Notes under the pieces: model-generated | Seen by the model: the letters and a program-made list of their open reading frames with translations, nothing else | Told to the model about the DNA's origin: nothing | Databases searched by the model: none | From: Antedon mediterranea | Lineage: Eukaryota; Animalia; Echinodermata | DNA: 64,000 nucleotides | NCBI RefSeq assembly: GCF_964355755.1 | Contig: NC_092672.1 | Coordinates: 9,362,001 to 9,426,000 of the forward strand | Reading direction: 5' to 3' | Shown: positions 1 to 14,005 of the stretch, piece after piece | Layout of the letters: every line of letters starts with the position of its first letter | Position numbering within the stretch: the first letter of the stretch is position 1 | Translations under genes and position numbers: made by a program

Positions 1-3000
1 ATGTTGTCTGCATTTGTCGCCTCTTCTTGGAGTACCTAAAACATTTAATTTATAGGGAACTTTGTGATGACCAAGGACTGAGGATTAATGTGTTCTCTTT
101 ATTGAAGGAATAGAGTATAGGGAAGTAAATCCAAACTTTCCCATATGCACACAATACATTATTAACATGACCTAACTTTTTCCTAAGTTTTTACTACAGT
201 AGTTTATAACCTAAATCTCTTTATTCATCTCACAAACAAACAAAAAAAAGCAAGGAGTAAACCTATAATTAACGATGAAAGAGACATCCAAGAAACCCCA
301 AGGGGCTTGTGATAGGAGGCCCACTAAAAAATAGTTACATTAATTAAGATACCGTAAAAAGAATAAAAAATTAAATTTTTTTTTGTCTTGTGTGGGTTCG
401 TCCCACTTTTATTATAGTTCTATAAATATAATAATATATGTATATATGCACATTTATATAATTCTCTTATTTATAAGGTACATTGTTAAAAAAAATACAT
501 ATCTTTTGAACAGTATATACATAAGACTAAGATTATTTTGATGTTAAGAAGTAACCACATTTACATTCATATACATTTTTAAAAATACAATTAATTAAAA
601 TATGTCGATGGCAATAAACTGACGATAAAAATTGATTTAAGAAAAACGTACTTATGAAAAAGTTATTATTGTTGTTTTATTCTGTTCGTGTCCGTTGTCT
701 GGGTAGAGAGGCTACAAACTCAGGGGAAGAATATAAAGAATCTTCCCTTTTCACCAAGAAAAAAATGGATGAGATGAAAACGAAGAATGCAAAAGCTTGA
801 AAAAAGGGTGTTTAGAATGGATAGGATGGAATGATATATATAATGAAAACCGTAAGGTTAGAGTCCATACACAGTGCAAGTCCAAGGTAATATTTTGGCT
901 CTGTGTGTATGAGTCGCTTCATACCCGGATCTTAAAACTAATATAGTTACTAGGCCTATATACAATGTATTTAAGAGATAAAAATAGCATTTTTTTTTAT
1001 TTCATTAATTTAAGGAGATTTTGCTTTATATCTCCCCATTTACATTGAGCTTTAAAAAATTAAACTTAATTATGAATACCTTAATCCAAGTTTGAAGTTT
1101 CTCTTGGCTTGTGGTTGCAAAGTACTGTGACGTCTGCCCCTGGTGATGGATTCCAAATACAAATTCATTCTTTCCATCCTGTACATCCTCTGTGATATTG
1201 TACCCAAACAGGGTCAAAGATTTTGATGGCACTTTATCAGATGGCTTACTATACATATATAAAACACCCTTGTTCACGGTGCAATATTTTCTGCTCCACT
1301 TTCCAAGAGAGATTCTTGACAATGTACCAGAAAAGCTTTTGATGGAGAGAATTCCGTAGTGGATGATGTATGGGTCATTTTCACATCGTATTTTGAATTG
1401 TTCAGCTTTACTATTTCTTGTTTGTACCGGAACATCTCTTTCTGGTAATGAAGGTGCACTAAAAAAAAAACAAATGTTATGCAGCTATCAGACTTCTTAA
1501 CTTGCTATATAAAAATATGTTTGCTTTATTTGGCAATATACTAATTTTATAGTATTCAGGATGCTTGATAAATACCAAAGATGTCTTTAAATGGGGGTTC
1601 TCCTCTAATGTACTTATTTTCAAAGAGATCCAAAAATATACCAAGTATATACAGTATATTACTTTCTGATACTTTGCTGGTAAGCCAGCGACCTAAATAT
1701 AACATATAGTAACTTCACAATCCTAAGCTAAATTCAATGGATTTAATTGTATTTAAGTCTTTCTGCTTTAGATAATGTAACATTTTAACAAATTCCTAAA
1801 ATTCTAATGAACTGTAAAGCCACAAAAGACAGAATTACAAACAAAATATAGGCCTACTTTTGTGTATTCTACACAACATGCTCAATCAACAAAAGAAGTT
1901 GACAGTCTGACACTGTATTGTGAGTTTTATTGTCTAGTTTAACCACAAGTTACTATACAAGAATGAACTAAACCATGCATAAATCTAATACTTCAGGACC
2001 TTTATAAAACAATATAAAGCCTGGTTAATTAGACCGCAACATTTTTGTAATGTTGCTCAAGCACTGTATCAATTAAAAAACAGGGTCGGGTTGTTGGATA
2101 TGTATGTATACATTGATTGTTGATTATGTGTTATGATAATATGAATTCTACCAAAATCTCAACCAACCATAGATTTTTTAAAAATTTGAGTAGGTCGATC
2201 ATGATTATCAATTATGTTGTCATTTAAGATGTCACCACATTATTTTCTAGAAATCTTTAGAGCTATCTGTGAATTATATTTCTTTAAACTAGAGGAATGT
2301 TAGCAATATGACTAGTACTCAGTGGTGTGAATAAGCCTCTTCATAATATTAGGCCCACTGGGCTTATATTTGAGACATACACATATACATTTAAATTCTT
2401 ACATTGTCTGTTGCTCATCTACAAATTCATCAGAATCAAATGATTCATACGATCCACTGGCATCTGACCAGCCACCTAAAAATACAAAACGTTTGAAAAA
2501 AATGCAAACATTTAATTAATGTTGTTTTATTACTTTTAGGTCAAAAGATATCCTCTCTTACTCTTTTTAAATGCTTTAGTAATTGTATCATAGAAAATAA
2601 GGGTAAATGGAATTGCCTGCTTTTTATATAAAACTAACCATTTATTGGTCCGCCACCTTGATCTTCTGGATTTTCATAAACATCGTCATCATCATTTATG
2701 ACACGTTCATGTTCTTCATCAACCAGTTCATCATAAACTTTTCCATCCTCTGTGACGGTGCGGATGGACGTGCAACTGGTTGGAATTTCGTATTCTTCTT
2801 CTTGGTCGCTGATGGGCAGGGAAGTTTTATGATGCAGAGCTTCATGTTCAGTAATTGGAGTTTCATAAACATCATCTAATTGCCTTCATTAAAATAATTT
2901 TTAAATACCATGATAAATAATACGAATCAATATCTGTTTCAAATGTCAGTTGTTCAGATGCCTCTGCGAAAATAAGAGGTTACTCAGTATCATTCAGGCA

Positions 3001-6000
3001 TTCTTCAGTCAGAAAATGACTATAAAAAAGACAATAGACTCATCGCAATTAACAAATTTGGAGTGGCATCTCCAAGAAGTATCCCTGCTTGGGTGAAGTA
3101 TATGGTACTCCTAAGTTGGCCAATAATTATACTAAATACAATCAATCAAATCAATAATGCAAACAATCAATCGCAAAAGTATTTAAATGTATTGGAATGT
3201 TCTGAAGTATGTCATAATTTTCCACAAAAAAATATATTTCCTCTTTAAAAATGTTTAAGATCATTTTAGAAATTAATTGTATGTATTAAATTTAACAAAA
3301 AATACTTACTCTGCTGTTGAACTATTATCACCTTTACTACTTGAAACCTTAAAAAGAATGAGAACAGAATGTTAGATATGTAAAACATTTGATTATCACT
3401 ATATTGTTTCATGGCAGGTGGAACCATCAGGATTATAAAACCTCTTCCACTAGGAAAAATTATTTACATGATGTTAAACTCATTTCTGCGAAGAACTTTA
3501 GTTTCTTGATTTGTTCACAAATAGTTTTTTTACAGTTTATAATTGTTTGTGATTAGAATGCGCAACCAATCAGAGGTTAGGAAATGGTTCTTATGTGGAC
3601 ACTTGTGCAAATCGAACAAATTAAAAAAAGGGTAAATTTAGCAACTTTTTTTATCTGCAAAAATGTTGGATTTCTGCATATAATTGCATCTAGTCAAAGT
3701 CACTGAATTTATCACCCTTTATTCCTTTCCCGGTTTTTTATTTCCATTCATCATACATAATCATAAACATACATAAATAATCATAGTACGAAGACAAAAA
3801 AAGATTGAAAAGGGGGAATCTCTGAAGTATAGCTTATACAAGTAGAATATTGATATTAAAGGCTGCTACACATTAGGACGATATCGATAACCATGTATGC
3901 TGCCTTTGATAATGAATAATAAAAATAATATCTTTTTAATCCAATAAAATGACATCATAATCAATAAGAACAATAAAATTGTTGTAGCGTTATTCTATAG
4001 AATGAAAACATTTCTAATTTGTTAAATGCAGGAAAAATAAATATTTATCTAGCTATGGTCGATCATTATCATCCTAGTATAAATGGAACTGAAAATATAT
4101 ATTTCACTTATCACTTAATATTAGAAAATAAAAAAAAAATGTTTATATAGTTTCATTATTTATTGTCTAATAATATAGTAATTTCAGTTTCTGGTTCTGA
4201 AACTGCATGTTTCATTAACTTGATAACCTAAAAACCAATAATCTTTTTCTGATATTGAATTTTATATGTAACATACAGTACATATTATTGGTACTCCGCA
4301 TATAATTTGAAACTTTTTCTTTTTGTTTCTTTTATGGTTTATTTTTTGTACAATTTGAAATCTTTATTGTATGTATTCATCTCAAAAAGCATACTCCACC
4401 GACGTTGCTTTGATAAAGATCTGCAACACAGATAAGTGGTGTTATGGTGAATGATTCCTCATTAAAAGAAATATTAATAATGGAATAATAACATTAGGTT
4501 TTTTTTACATTTTATTTTTAGTATAGTTTGTTCAACTTTCAAAATTATATTAACGGTTTCAAATTATATACGAAAATCTTGTCACATAATGTATTTCTGT
4601 ATTATTTCCAAGACCTAAATTATTCAAATGTCAATCAGAAATGTTGATGTGATGTGTATTAGAAAGATGATAGATAATGCAATTAAAGACAATTTGTATT
4701 TTGACCTTGAAGAAATATGTTTTACTTTTATTGCCAGCTTTCAGATAGGATGTCGAGCCCTTTATCCCATTTACACAAAGAACTCCTAATTTGAAAAATC
4801 TACTGGCAAGCTGATCCACAAGATATACTCTATCTAAAGCTCTATATTCTATTATAATAATAATTACAATTCTGCATAATATTAAATTATTACATTTTTA
4901 TTATTATTATTATTATTACATAAAACAGTAATTGTTTATTTAAAATTTTTTTTTTAGTTTATTGTACTGGGTAATGAGAATATTCATATACTGGGTAAAA
5001 AACATCAATTAGTTAAATGAATGGAAGCATCTATACTAAAATGACATTATGCTAATGAAGCCATCTCAAGGAGTTACAATGCACTCAACTTGAGAGAACA
5101 TCTCGATTATAAACGGTGATAACAGCAGCCTCACAGCTTCATAAATACAAATCGATCGAAAACATGTTACCCTAGGGAGTATAGCAAATCTACTTGGACT
5201 TTATGTTTAGCCGTGTGTATAAAACAACTGTTTTATAAATGCCATTTATATATCAGACAATGAATATGATTCAAAACAAATAAATGGATATATGTCTCCA
5301 AAATAATAATGCACTTATACGTTTGAGTACTGCCAGGAGAGTGTCCTTTGGGCTGCTATCTCATCCACTGAAAGGCCATCGTTGGCATCATATTCTGTAA
5401 AATTAAAAGAAATTGCTAAATAATAATAGTATATGAAATATAAATTAACAGAAACACTGTGGTTAACATAAAAATCTAAAAAAAGGGAAAAAAAGAAAAA
5501 AAAAATCTATCAGGCTGAAATTGTCTTATCATTATTTTATATTATATATACAAGTATTGATCATATATTGTAAATTTATAAATATAAACGTGTTTTATTT
5601 TTGTTTTATGTTACATGATATTCGCCATAGATAAGTAGGTCATAATTACCATTGCAACATATGGATTTGGATATGACAATCTGTATTTAGCTACAGTATG
5701 TTAATTATTGGCAAACAATATGAACTGTATATTATACATTATTTTCAAATTTGTTTTACTACACCACTCCCCATTAAATCTAATGTAATATACAGAGTAC
5801 AAAACTCTATTATAAAATATTATAATTTCTTTAGTTTATGAGTTTTATTATCTGTATCAAAGTTGACTAGAAGGTAAAAATATGGATACATAGTTATGGA
5901 GACATAAAAATGGGAGTTGTGGAGACATCCAAATGGGAGTTGTGGAAACATCTAAATAGGAGTTGTGGAGACATCCAAATAGGAGTTGTGGAGACATCAA

Positions 6001-7982
6001 AATGAGAGTTGTGAAGACATCCAAATGGGAGTTGTGGAGACATCTAACAGGGTGTGGTAAAAACATCTATCAGCAAGTAGCGGGGATATCTACCAGCAAA
6101 GACTTGTGGAGATGTTAAATATGTTAGAAAACAATCTCTCAGTTTGAGTTTGGTCAACTTCACCCATATTGACAGAAATATTTACATTTTGTTTGAAATA
6201 AAGAGTAGAAATCCTATTCCTTACCTTTCTTCGGTGTTGATGTTGGTAATGGTGGTGCTACGGGTTGTGATCCTGGTAATGGTGGTGGTAGTGGTGGGGG
6301 CAGTTGTGACAATTTTGGACATATCTCAGTATTTATATATTCAGCATGGTCGTTAATATAAGATTTGAGTTGTTTTAGGTAAAACGCTAAAGTATCTTGC
6401 AGATCTCTTGTCAATTCAAACTTTTGTAACTCAGACAAGAATTGTTGAAAACCAGGTAACAGTTCGTCAAGCACTATGAAAAACAAAGAAAATATGATAG
6501 GTTTATATCATAAAACAGTTTGACACTCAATGAAAAGATGAACTAAGTAAGTTTGGAAAACAGTAAGTTTGGAAAACAGGAAGTTATAAACTAAAAAGCG
6601 GGAATGACTAGGGATGGATGACCATACATAAACATAGAAAAACCGACGGCACCGCCTCAAGATGGTTTTTTTACCAATTAATTAGAAAATATGGTTCAAA
6701 TACATTACAAAATGCTGTTACTCAGACAGTACAAAAAGACAAAACAAAATACAACACAAGTTTCTGAAACAATTAGCATGAATCACAATTGCAAAAAAAA
6801 ATTGCATTCAATAAGACTATAGTTTTCCTAGAATCTAATTATCTAAACCACCATGAATTCATTGTGCTCCATTAAATAAACATATTCAAAAGAATAGAGC
6901 AATACCTTGCTCCCACCTATGCAGGATTCTTTTGAATGGCTTTCACACAACTCCCAATATAAACACAAGTAAAACCACAGTAAACAATGGATCTAAATAA
7001 TTGTATTTCATGGAAGTGAAAATTTTGCATGTCATATTCAAAAAGTCCGGCAATAAAAAAAAAATTGTAATGAAAGGCTTATAGTTTTACTACAATTGCT
7101 ATAGAAAATACATCTAATTTACACAAACATCTCCATATCGGTGTTTAATCAGAGTAACGTACGCGGTTTAGCTATACTGTAGATCAGAACACAAAAAATT
7201 ACAGGTCGTTAAATATTGCATCCTGAAACATTCTGAGGTACAGCAGATTTTCCCTTTTTTTTCCCAAAAACATTTTCAAAACATTGATTTTATATGTATA
7301 ACTCATGTGAATAAAGTGATTGGTCAAACTTGATTTAAATATATATATTCTAATGTGTGTTTATATAAAAACATCAGGCAATGAACATTAATTCGAAACT
7401 GCCCGGTGATATACTGAAATTTAATTAATTAATTTGAAACGATAAAGATGAGGAAATCTGTGAGAATGAGAAAAAGTCGCCCCAACCGAGACTCGAAATC
7501 GGACCGCCTGCTTTATATGCAGATGTCCTAACCATTAGACCACTGGGGCTTTCATGGTATTGTTCAAACTCGATTGGATAGCGACTCTTTAACACTCTCG
7601 GCGTGGTACGGCGGAACAGCCATATCTAATGTGTTTATATACTCGAGATCCCGTTTAGTGAATAAATATACTGAAATATAGATGAGGGCGTATCAATTTG
7701 ATCTCTGGTGCGCGTGCGTACAACTGAGGACTAGTTGTGGTCCAACCGTACCACGCCGAGAATGTTAAAGGGTCGTTATCCGATCGAGTTAAAGAACAAT
7801 ACCATGAAAGCCCCAGTGGTCTAATGGTTAGGGCAACTGCATATCAAGCAGACGGTCCGAGTTCGAGTCTCGGTTGGGGCGACTTTTTCTCATTATCCCA
7901 GATTTCCTCATCTTTCAAAAATTAATTAAATAATTTTCAGTGTACCACCGGGCGGTTTGGAATTTATTTCTATGCCTGTTGT

Positions 7983-8024
<42 letters not shown>

Positions 8025-11000
8025 CCAAAGGCAAATTACTGAAAAAATGACAATGCTGTGGGTATCAGTAGCTGGATCTCAATGGAGATACAAAAAAAAA
8101 AGGGAAAAGCTAAATCAAAACGATAATATATACACAGAAATCATACTGTCAAATTATTGAACCATTTTTTTTTAGGGTGATCCATCCAGCAATTGCTGAT
8201 CATTAGGGACCCTCAGAGGTTCACAAGACAAACATATACACAAGATGCTCTACATAAACAAAGTCGCATGTCAGGTTGTTTCGGGTTGTTTCGGCCCCTC
8301 ATTCTGATGCCACCTGAACTTTAGTGCCTGTGAATACAGCAAAATTCCTTCTTTGTCAATATACTTAATCTCCTGACCTTTTATCTTTAAAGAAACTTGT
8401 GCACATTTCCTCTAACATACAACATTCAAGTAGGAAGTATTTAATTGTTCTATTTCAAGGAAAGTTATCTTACATTGAAATTTGTTTTTTTTTAATACAG
8501 TAAGGTGTGCTTCGGTGTTGTAGTTGTGCTTCTGTATTCTCTATTTTTTTATTCGACTGGAATTTTGAAACAGAACAACATTTGCGAAGACCTTTTAAAG
8601 AAAAAGAAAATGTTTAGGCCGACGTTGTACAAACTATAGGCAGCGGCCAAAATGTGGGCTGCGGGGTGGATTAAGAAATTGTGAAAAAAAACCATATTGA
8701 ACGCCTTTATTCTAACATAGTTTTATGTTGCTGAAAATGTTTGATGTGCGGCTTGTTACCCTCCAAAAAATACAATGCAATTTATAGGGACCTGCAGGTC
8801 TATATATTCCTAAAATGTTCTTATACCTCAACTCAACAATGGTGGATGGGGATGAGGAGGAGGAAAATATTGGCATTTGGCTGCTGGACGTATGTTGTTT
8901 TTGCGTTAAGAGAAAACCTCGGGGCTGTGTTGAATTTTTCTGGATTATCAGCGCATGGTGGGGCTGAGGTGTGATGGACTCTCATTACCTTTATTTCATT
9001 GGTGCAGCTAGGTAGTTGGGCTACAGTTTTATCGCTGCAATGACATTTGTTTTTACAAAAAGTACTATTCAATAAGGAAGTAATTGTGAATTTTTTTTAT
9101 TAGAGCAACATGTAAACAAACATAGTAGGCCTACAACAAAATGGACTGACCAAACTTAAACTTGTTTTGTAGGTTGGATGTTTTTATTCATTTTTCATGT
9201 TTATTTAAGCCTACTGTGTTTTCTTGAAGTTGTCAATTCTGAATGAATAAGGAAATAAAAATGTAAAATATTGAACCGAGAAAGTATAATAATATATAAA
9301 AGGAAAACTGTTTTCATTGTGTTTATTCTATACACTATTCATTTGATCATGAGCCTTTATTTACAGTTCTGTTCACAAGACTAATATCTATAAAGGAGCC
9401 ATAAAACTATGTTACAGACTAAAAGTTCATGTACTGTACTTCTTTTCAGCAAAATATTGTACAATAGGTAGTTAAAATATATTTAGTATAAAATACAAGT
9501 TCAAGTACAGGTACCTTTGAAATAAACTTTTATATACATTAAAGTACAGTAGGTAATACAACTGTAGTGTTATTTTCTTATTTAACTACAGAATTCATCA
9601 GCAGATGTTTCCACCTTAAAAATTGGTTAGAAATACAGTATTATAGACAGTTACACAAAACCAATTTTCTATAAAGTATTACATTTCAAGAAGTAAAAAG
9701 TATTTTTTTTTATTGACATAAATTCAAAGTAACTTTTTATCTAGATTAGCAGAGTACAGCAAACTCACTATACAATAATTATATTCTGAAAGTAAAATTC
9801 TTACATGTTAAAGTTTTTTTTCTATCGTAATTTACAGAGAAACTGAAAAGAAAGTATAGTACAGAGAGTTCAGCCAGGTTGATGTATGACCCAGAAAATC
9901 TTAAGTAAATGTTAGATGTTTTTTGGCTGGTTATGAGAGGTCAATTTGAAATTTAATCTTTTAAAAAAACTACTGCCTACAGCTAATCAAAATGAATGAG
10001 TATAAAAATAATTGATATTATTTGAATTAAAGGAAACTTGAAATAAATACGTGAATAAGACTATGCATATTCATTTTTTTAAAGGGCATACTGTAGGAAC
10101 AGGAAACAAGTCGTAGGGGTGGAAAATGTATGGCCTGACCCCTCAACACTTCTGAATTCATAATGACCCAAATTCCTGAACCTTTGTAGAACTTATACAG
10201 TATGTTGAATGGTAAAACCACTAAAAGGCCAAATAAAATCAATAATCATTATGACTAGTGATGAAGAAACAGCAATTAAATTGCTTTGGTAATTTAATCC
10301 ATTTTTTGTGTGAATATTATGTACCAAATTCATTTACCAAATATCTCTCAAATTAACTTTATACACAGTTGTAGGTGGCCTTTGTGGTTACAGGAAAATA
10401 TGAAATAAACAAACATATTACTATACAAACTATCTGTACTGACCTAAAATTTACTTTACTATTAGGTCAATACTTCAGTACAATTTATCTGTTTACAGGT
10501 ATGTTTATTACTGCAAGAGTAAACGTATACAATAAACAAAGCTTTCATTAGATACACTAATAAAATAGTATCCAATAGGATGGCCTACTTTTAGGCCCAA
10601 AGAATGGAATGCTTGTACTTAAAACAATAGTTTTTGATTCATTACTAGCTGACCAAACAGTGATATTGTAATCTAACTTAGTTCAAGTGGTCTTCATTCA
10701 TAGTGTAGTGAAAAGAAAACGTCAACCTAGGTTTACAGTGAGTGGTCTACAGTATGCACTAAAGTAGTTAAAGTGGTCCTCATTGATATACAGGTCTACT
10801 GATAATCAATGCCATTGTCAGTACCAAAGGGCTCTCTGTCAAATTTGGTGAAAATTTAAAATATTACCAAATTTAATTAATTCATCAAGCTGTGTTGATC
10901 CAATGTTGGGTGAAGCCCTCCTCCAACAATGTGATGATAAATTCAACAAATATAATAACACTAAAACTTGGAAAAGGATGGCATAGGACAGAATATTCTA

Positions 11001-14000
11001 ATTACAATAATTAACATTAAATGATGATTGTACTGTACGCCAAAAAATCCAGTAGAATAATTTCTACTTTAGAATTTTAGATCTGCTCCAATAAGCACTG
11101 GTGCCACTCCCACTCCCAATGACAACAGTCTAGACTGAACCATTCATTGTTACAAAATTTACATTTTTTATTTACAGAAATACCATACATATGAGAATTA
11201 TTAATAAGGTAGTTAAAATTGTAATCTTAATAATATTAATATTTTAATATATTAATATTTTAAAAAATAGTTTATCAATCACTGTACTTGGCAAGTTACT
11301 CACTGATAGATATGTACGAGATAAAAATAAAATTAAAAATATATCAATCCTTTTATGAATTTGCATTTAGTGAGTCATATGGCCGAGCGGTTAAGGCAGG
11401 GGCGCCGTTTACCGTACCTAAAGAGCCAGACAGCAACATCGGCAAGGGTTCGAGGCCGACTCGCTCCTAGTTCTGGTGGTGGAACAAGTCTCCTCGGATA
11501 AGGACTATAAACGTAGGTCCAGTGTACACAGTTATAACCTGTGTGTACTTTAAAGAAACCCAGTTCATTATTCGAAAAAGAGTAGGGGGTTACCCCGGTG
11601 AACTGGTTCACACAATAGCCCCTGTATCAGGGGGATTACCACCTATTTGATAGGACAGTGATTAATTCACTATTGGTAATCCTTGGCCACATTGCCTAAA
11701 GACATAAAATAAAATAAAATAAATTTAAATAAAGTAGGGCAATGACAGCAAAGGAAATTATTAAAATAACTTTACCTTATTCAAAGAATAGGGCTTAACT
11801 ATATTATTATTGTTATATTATCATTTCCTCTTTTTGTAATTTTAGTACATTTACTTCCTGGATAAAATGTTGCATGTTCCTAAATGTATGTGTATTTAGT
11901 ACAGGATTGTTTAAACTAAGTGGGCCTAAATAAATACTACAAGATGTACAGCACATTACTGTTTGTTGGTTGGGTCAACTCAGCCTTATTTAACTTAAAG
12001 ACACCTTCCCTACGTTTTTTAGATCTAATTGAAGATCACAAACTATATTTAATGTAAAAATAATACTGTATTTTTTTGTCTTTAAATGGTTAAAAATGTG
12101 AAAAATTTAAGTTGATTCTAATAATTATAGCGGCCCGCTATAAATTCCAAAATGCATTGCGCGCGGATTGATATTATTGTTTTTCCTCTGTAATTCACCC
12201 ACTTTTTGATCGATCGTGAGGCCAAAACAAATGGAAGACTCCTAACCTTTCAGCGAAAATACCAGGTTTTCCCCAATTTGTATCAATAGAGTCTGGCAAA
12301 AATAGAAAGACAATTAATGCAGCAACTATACAACGTCAGGCTATAATATAGCTAGCGTCTGATGTTCGTACGAATACCAATGTTTACCAGCTAGGCCTAC
12401 AGTACAAAACTAAGCCTAGCTAGGCTAGGCCTAAAGACCGTCCACGAGAGGTCATTCGCCGCCGCGGGTTTTATGGCGTATTAGACGGGTAACTACTGTA
12501 TGAGCTCCTCAAACTGAGCATGCAAATATCTACTACAGTAGCACTGCTCAGATAGAACAGCGAGAGGTCCGAGGAGCTAGGATCTCCTCAAAACATAAAA
12601 GTTGATACACCTACTAATAATTATAGAAGTATTTATTGTATAGTCATGGCTGGTGGCCGCAGGTGATAGGCACAAATGACATGAAATGAACTTCCTCATT
12701 CCTCTCCTATACTCTAAATTAAACATTAGGCCTAAATGGATAGAAATAATAATATACAGATGTATGTGAATGTACACTGTACTTTTTTGTCATTGTTCAG
12801 AAAAGACTGTTTGTTCATTAGAACTCTCTGTGCACAGAATACCATAATTTAACATGATACCACATTTCACTAATAGGTTATATTATTTATACTGGATATA
12901 CTGTACTGTACTTTTTATGTCGTAAACCAGTAGTGAAAAGAGAAAAAAATAAAAAGTATTTGGAATTTTATAGTCCAATGTTTTCCTTTATAAATATATG
13001 CCAGTGGCACATCGAGGTACGACCTAAATATTATAACTGTCTGATATTTATTATTTAATTCAAATACTCTTTTAATAGAACCTTCAATTGAAAATGTCTG
13101 CTTCACTTCATAATAATAAATCCTTTATCAGTTAATCAGGCATAAAGGTGAATCAACCAAGCAGGCAAAAACACAACAGGGCCAGTTAGCAGATTTGTTA
13201 AACTCTGTTTTAAATGGAAATAGGCCATCATTTTGGTGGTATAAAAATGTGGATATATTGTAATTTAAAAAAATAGTAGTGAAACGTTTCCTATGAGCTA
13301 GCTTCATAGAGGTTGATCTGGGTAGGTAGAGGTTGATCTGGGTAGGTGGAGTTTGGGTGGTGCTATAGTATTTTGATTTATACAATTTTCAGGTAAAGAG
13401 GGCAAATATGAGGAAAAAAATAAACACAGTTTGTGGTTTTTATAAATTTATATTAGAGGCTGAAATACTTTAGAAACAATAATAATAAAAAAAAACGTAA
13501 TGCACACTTTCCTCACACTACATGCACTAATCATGAAGTGATATTGAAAGTTTTGGGTCATTAAAATGCAATTATGTAACTTCACATTCATCCAATCAAT
13601 ATCAAAAAATTTAAGAAATTATTTGATGGGTCTGAAGTGAAACATTGTGAAAGTGTTATTTTTCTATCACTACATACACATTTACATGTCACTAATTGTT
13701 TTAATTCATCGTTAATCCGATACATTAATGATGCAGAATATAGGAAGGAAAACAGAGGACTGGGGCCGACGGCCATACGAACCAAAATTGGGTCAGTGAC
13801 TGAAACCCTAACTAGCCTCTTTACAGTATAATATACCGTCGTATAGTATGTGTGCTTAATTAAACCATGGAGCGGTATACAACAGCATACTAACTAAACT
13901 GCTCCCTGTCACTCCAATCTAAACAGTATTCCTACTAATAAATATTGTCGCAAAATTAGTGTTTATTACATATAACAGTAAATGCTTACCTTCAATCGTA

Positions 14001-14005
14001 TCCAT
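1..14005 (-). CDS. AFAP1: Actin filament-associated protein 1 (AFAP1/AFAP1L) family PH-domain adaptor, multi-exon, 3' part outside the window
   Basis: Phase-consistent GT-AG exons: 13990-14005 (MDTIE), 6225-6473 (VLDELLPGFQQFLSEL...PPPLPPPLP), 5321-5394, 3310-3347, 2639-2883 (YETP, YEIP, YDEL, YENP), 2403-2475 (SGSYESFDSDE), 1080-1458 (PH domain GKWSRKYCTV...LTLFGYNIT...QTWIK), 1-35 (VLQEE). The N-terminus resembles AFAP1L1 MDRGQVLEQLLP, and the SYES acidic motif before PH1 plus the LxLxGxNIT segment match the AFAP family as recalled. The small exons between 5394 and 2883 are less certain. Confidence 0.8.
5895..6115. repeat. 21-bp minisatellite (GGGAGTTGTGGAGACATCCAA-like) in an AFAP intron
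   Basis: About 8-10 degenerate tandem units are visible. Confidence 0.85.
7478..7549 (-). pseudogene. tRNA-like sequence in the left arm
   Basis: Reverse-complement copy of 7810-7881 with a mutated box B (TTTCGAGTC) and loop ATATAAA. Confidence 0.65.
7810..7881 (+). pseudogene. tRNA-like sequence (pseudo-tRNA or SINE-type head) in the right arm
   Basis: GCCCCA...TGGGGC acceptor stem, box A TGGTCTAATGG, box B GTTCGAGTC, CTGC/GCAG anticodon stem with a non-canonical loop (ATATCAA), followed by TTTTT. Confidence 0.7.
7985..8021. repeat. (TA)n microsatellite
   Basis: Pure TA run. Confidence 0.95.
11372..11733 (+). mobile_element. tRNA-headed SINE with Deu/Nin conserved core, apparently full length
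   Basis: Box A TGGCCGAGCGG and box B GGTTCGAGGCC. The core TCGGATAAGGACTATAAACGTAGGTCC...TTAAAGA...TTCGAAAAAGAGTAGGGGGTTACCCCGGTG resembles the DeuSINE domain as recalled. It ends in an (AAAAT)n tail. Confidence 0.8.

Larger units (their letters stand above)
7362..7990. mobile_element. Inverted pair of ~250-bp units, each carrying a tRNA-like sequence
   Basis: 7362-7613 is the approximate reverse complement of 7745-7990, with a ~130-bp spacer. The right end runs into a (TA)n tract. Confidence 0.75.

Noticed and set aside
5857-6066. 69-aa ORF with CLHNS repeats
   Set aside because: It is the translation of an intronic 21-bp minisatellite.
7478-7881. Two functional tRNA genes
   Set aside because: The anticodon loops lack the conserved U33 pattern and differ between copies, and one box B is mutated.
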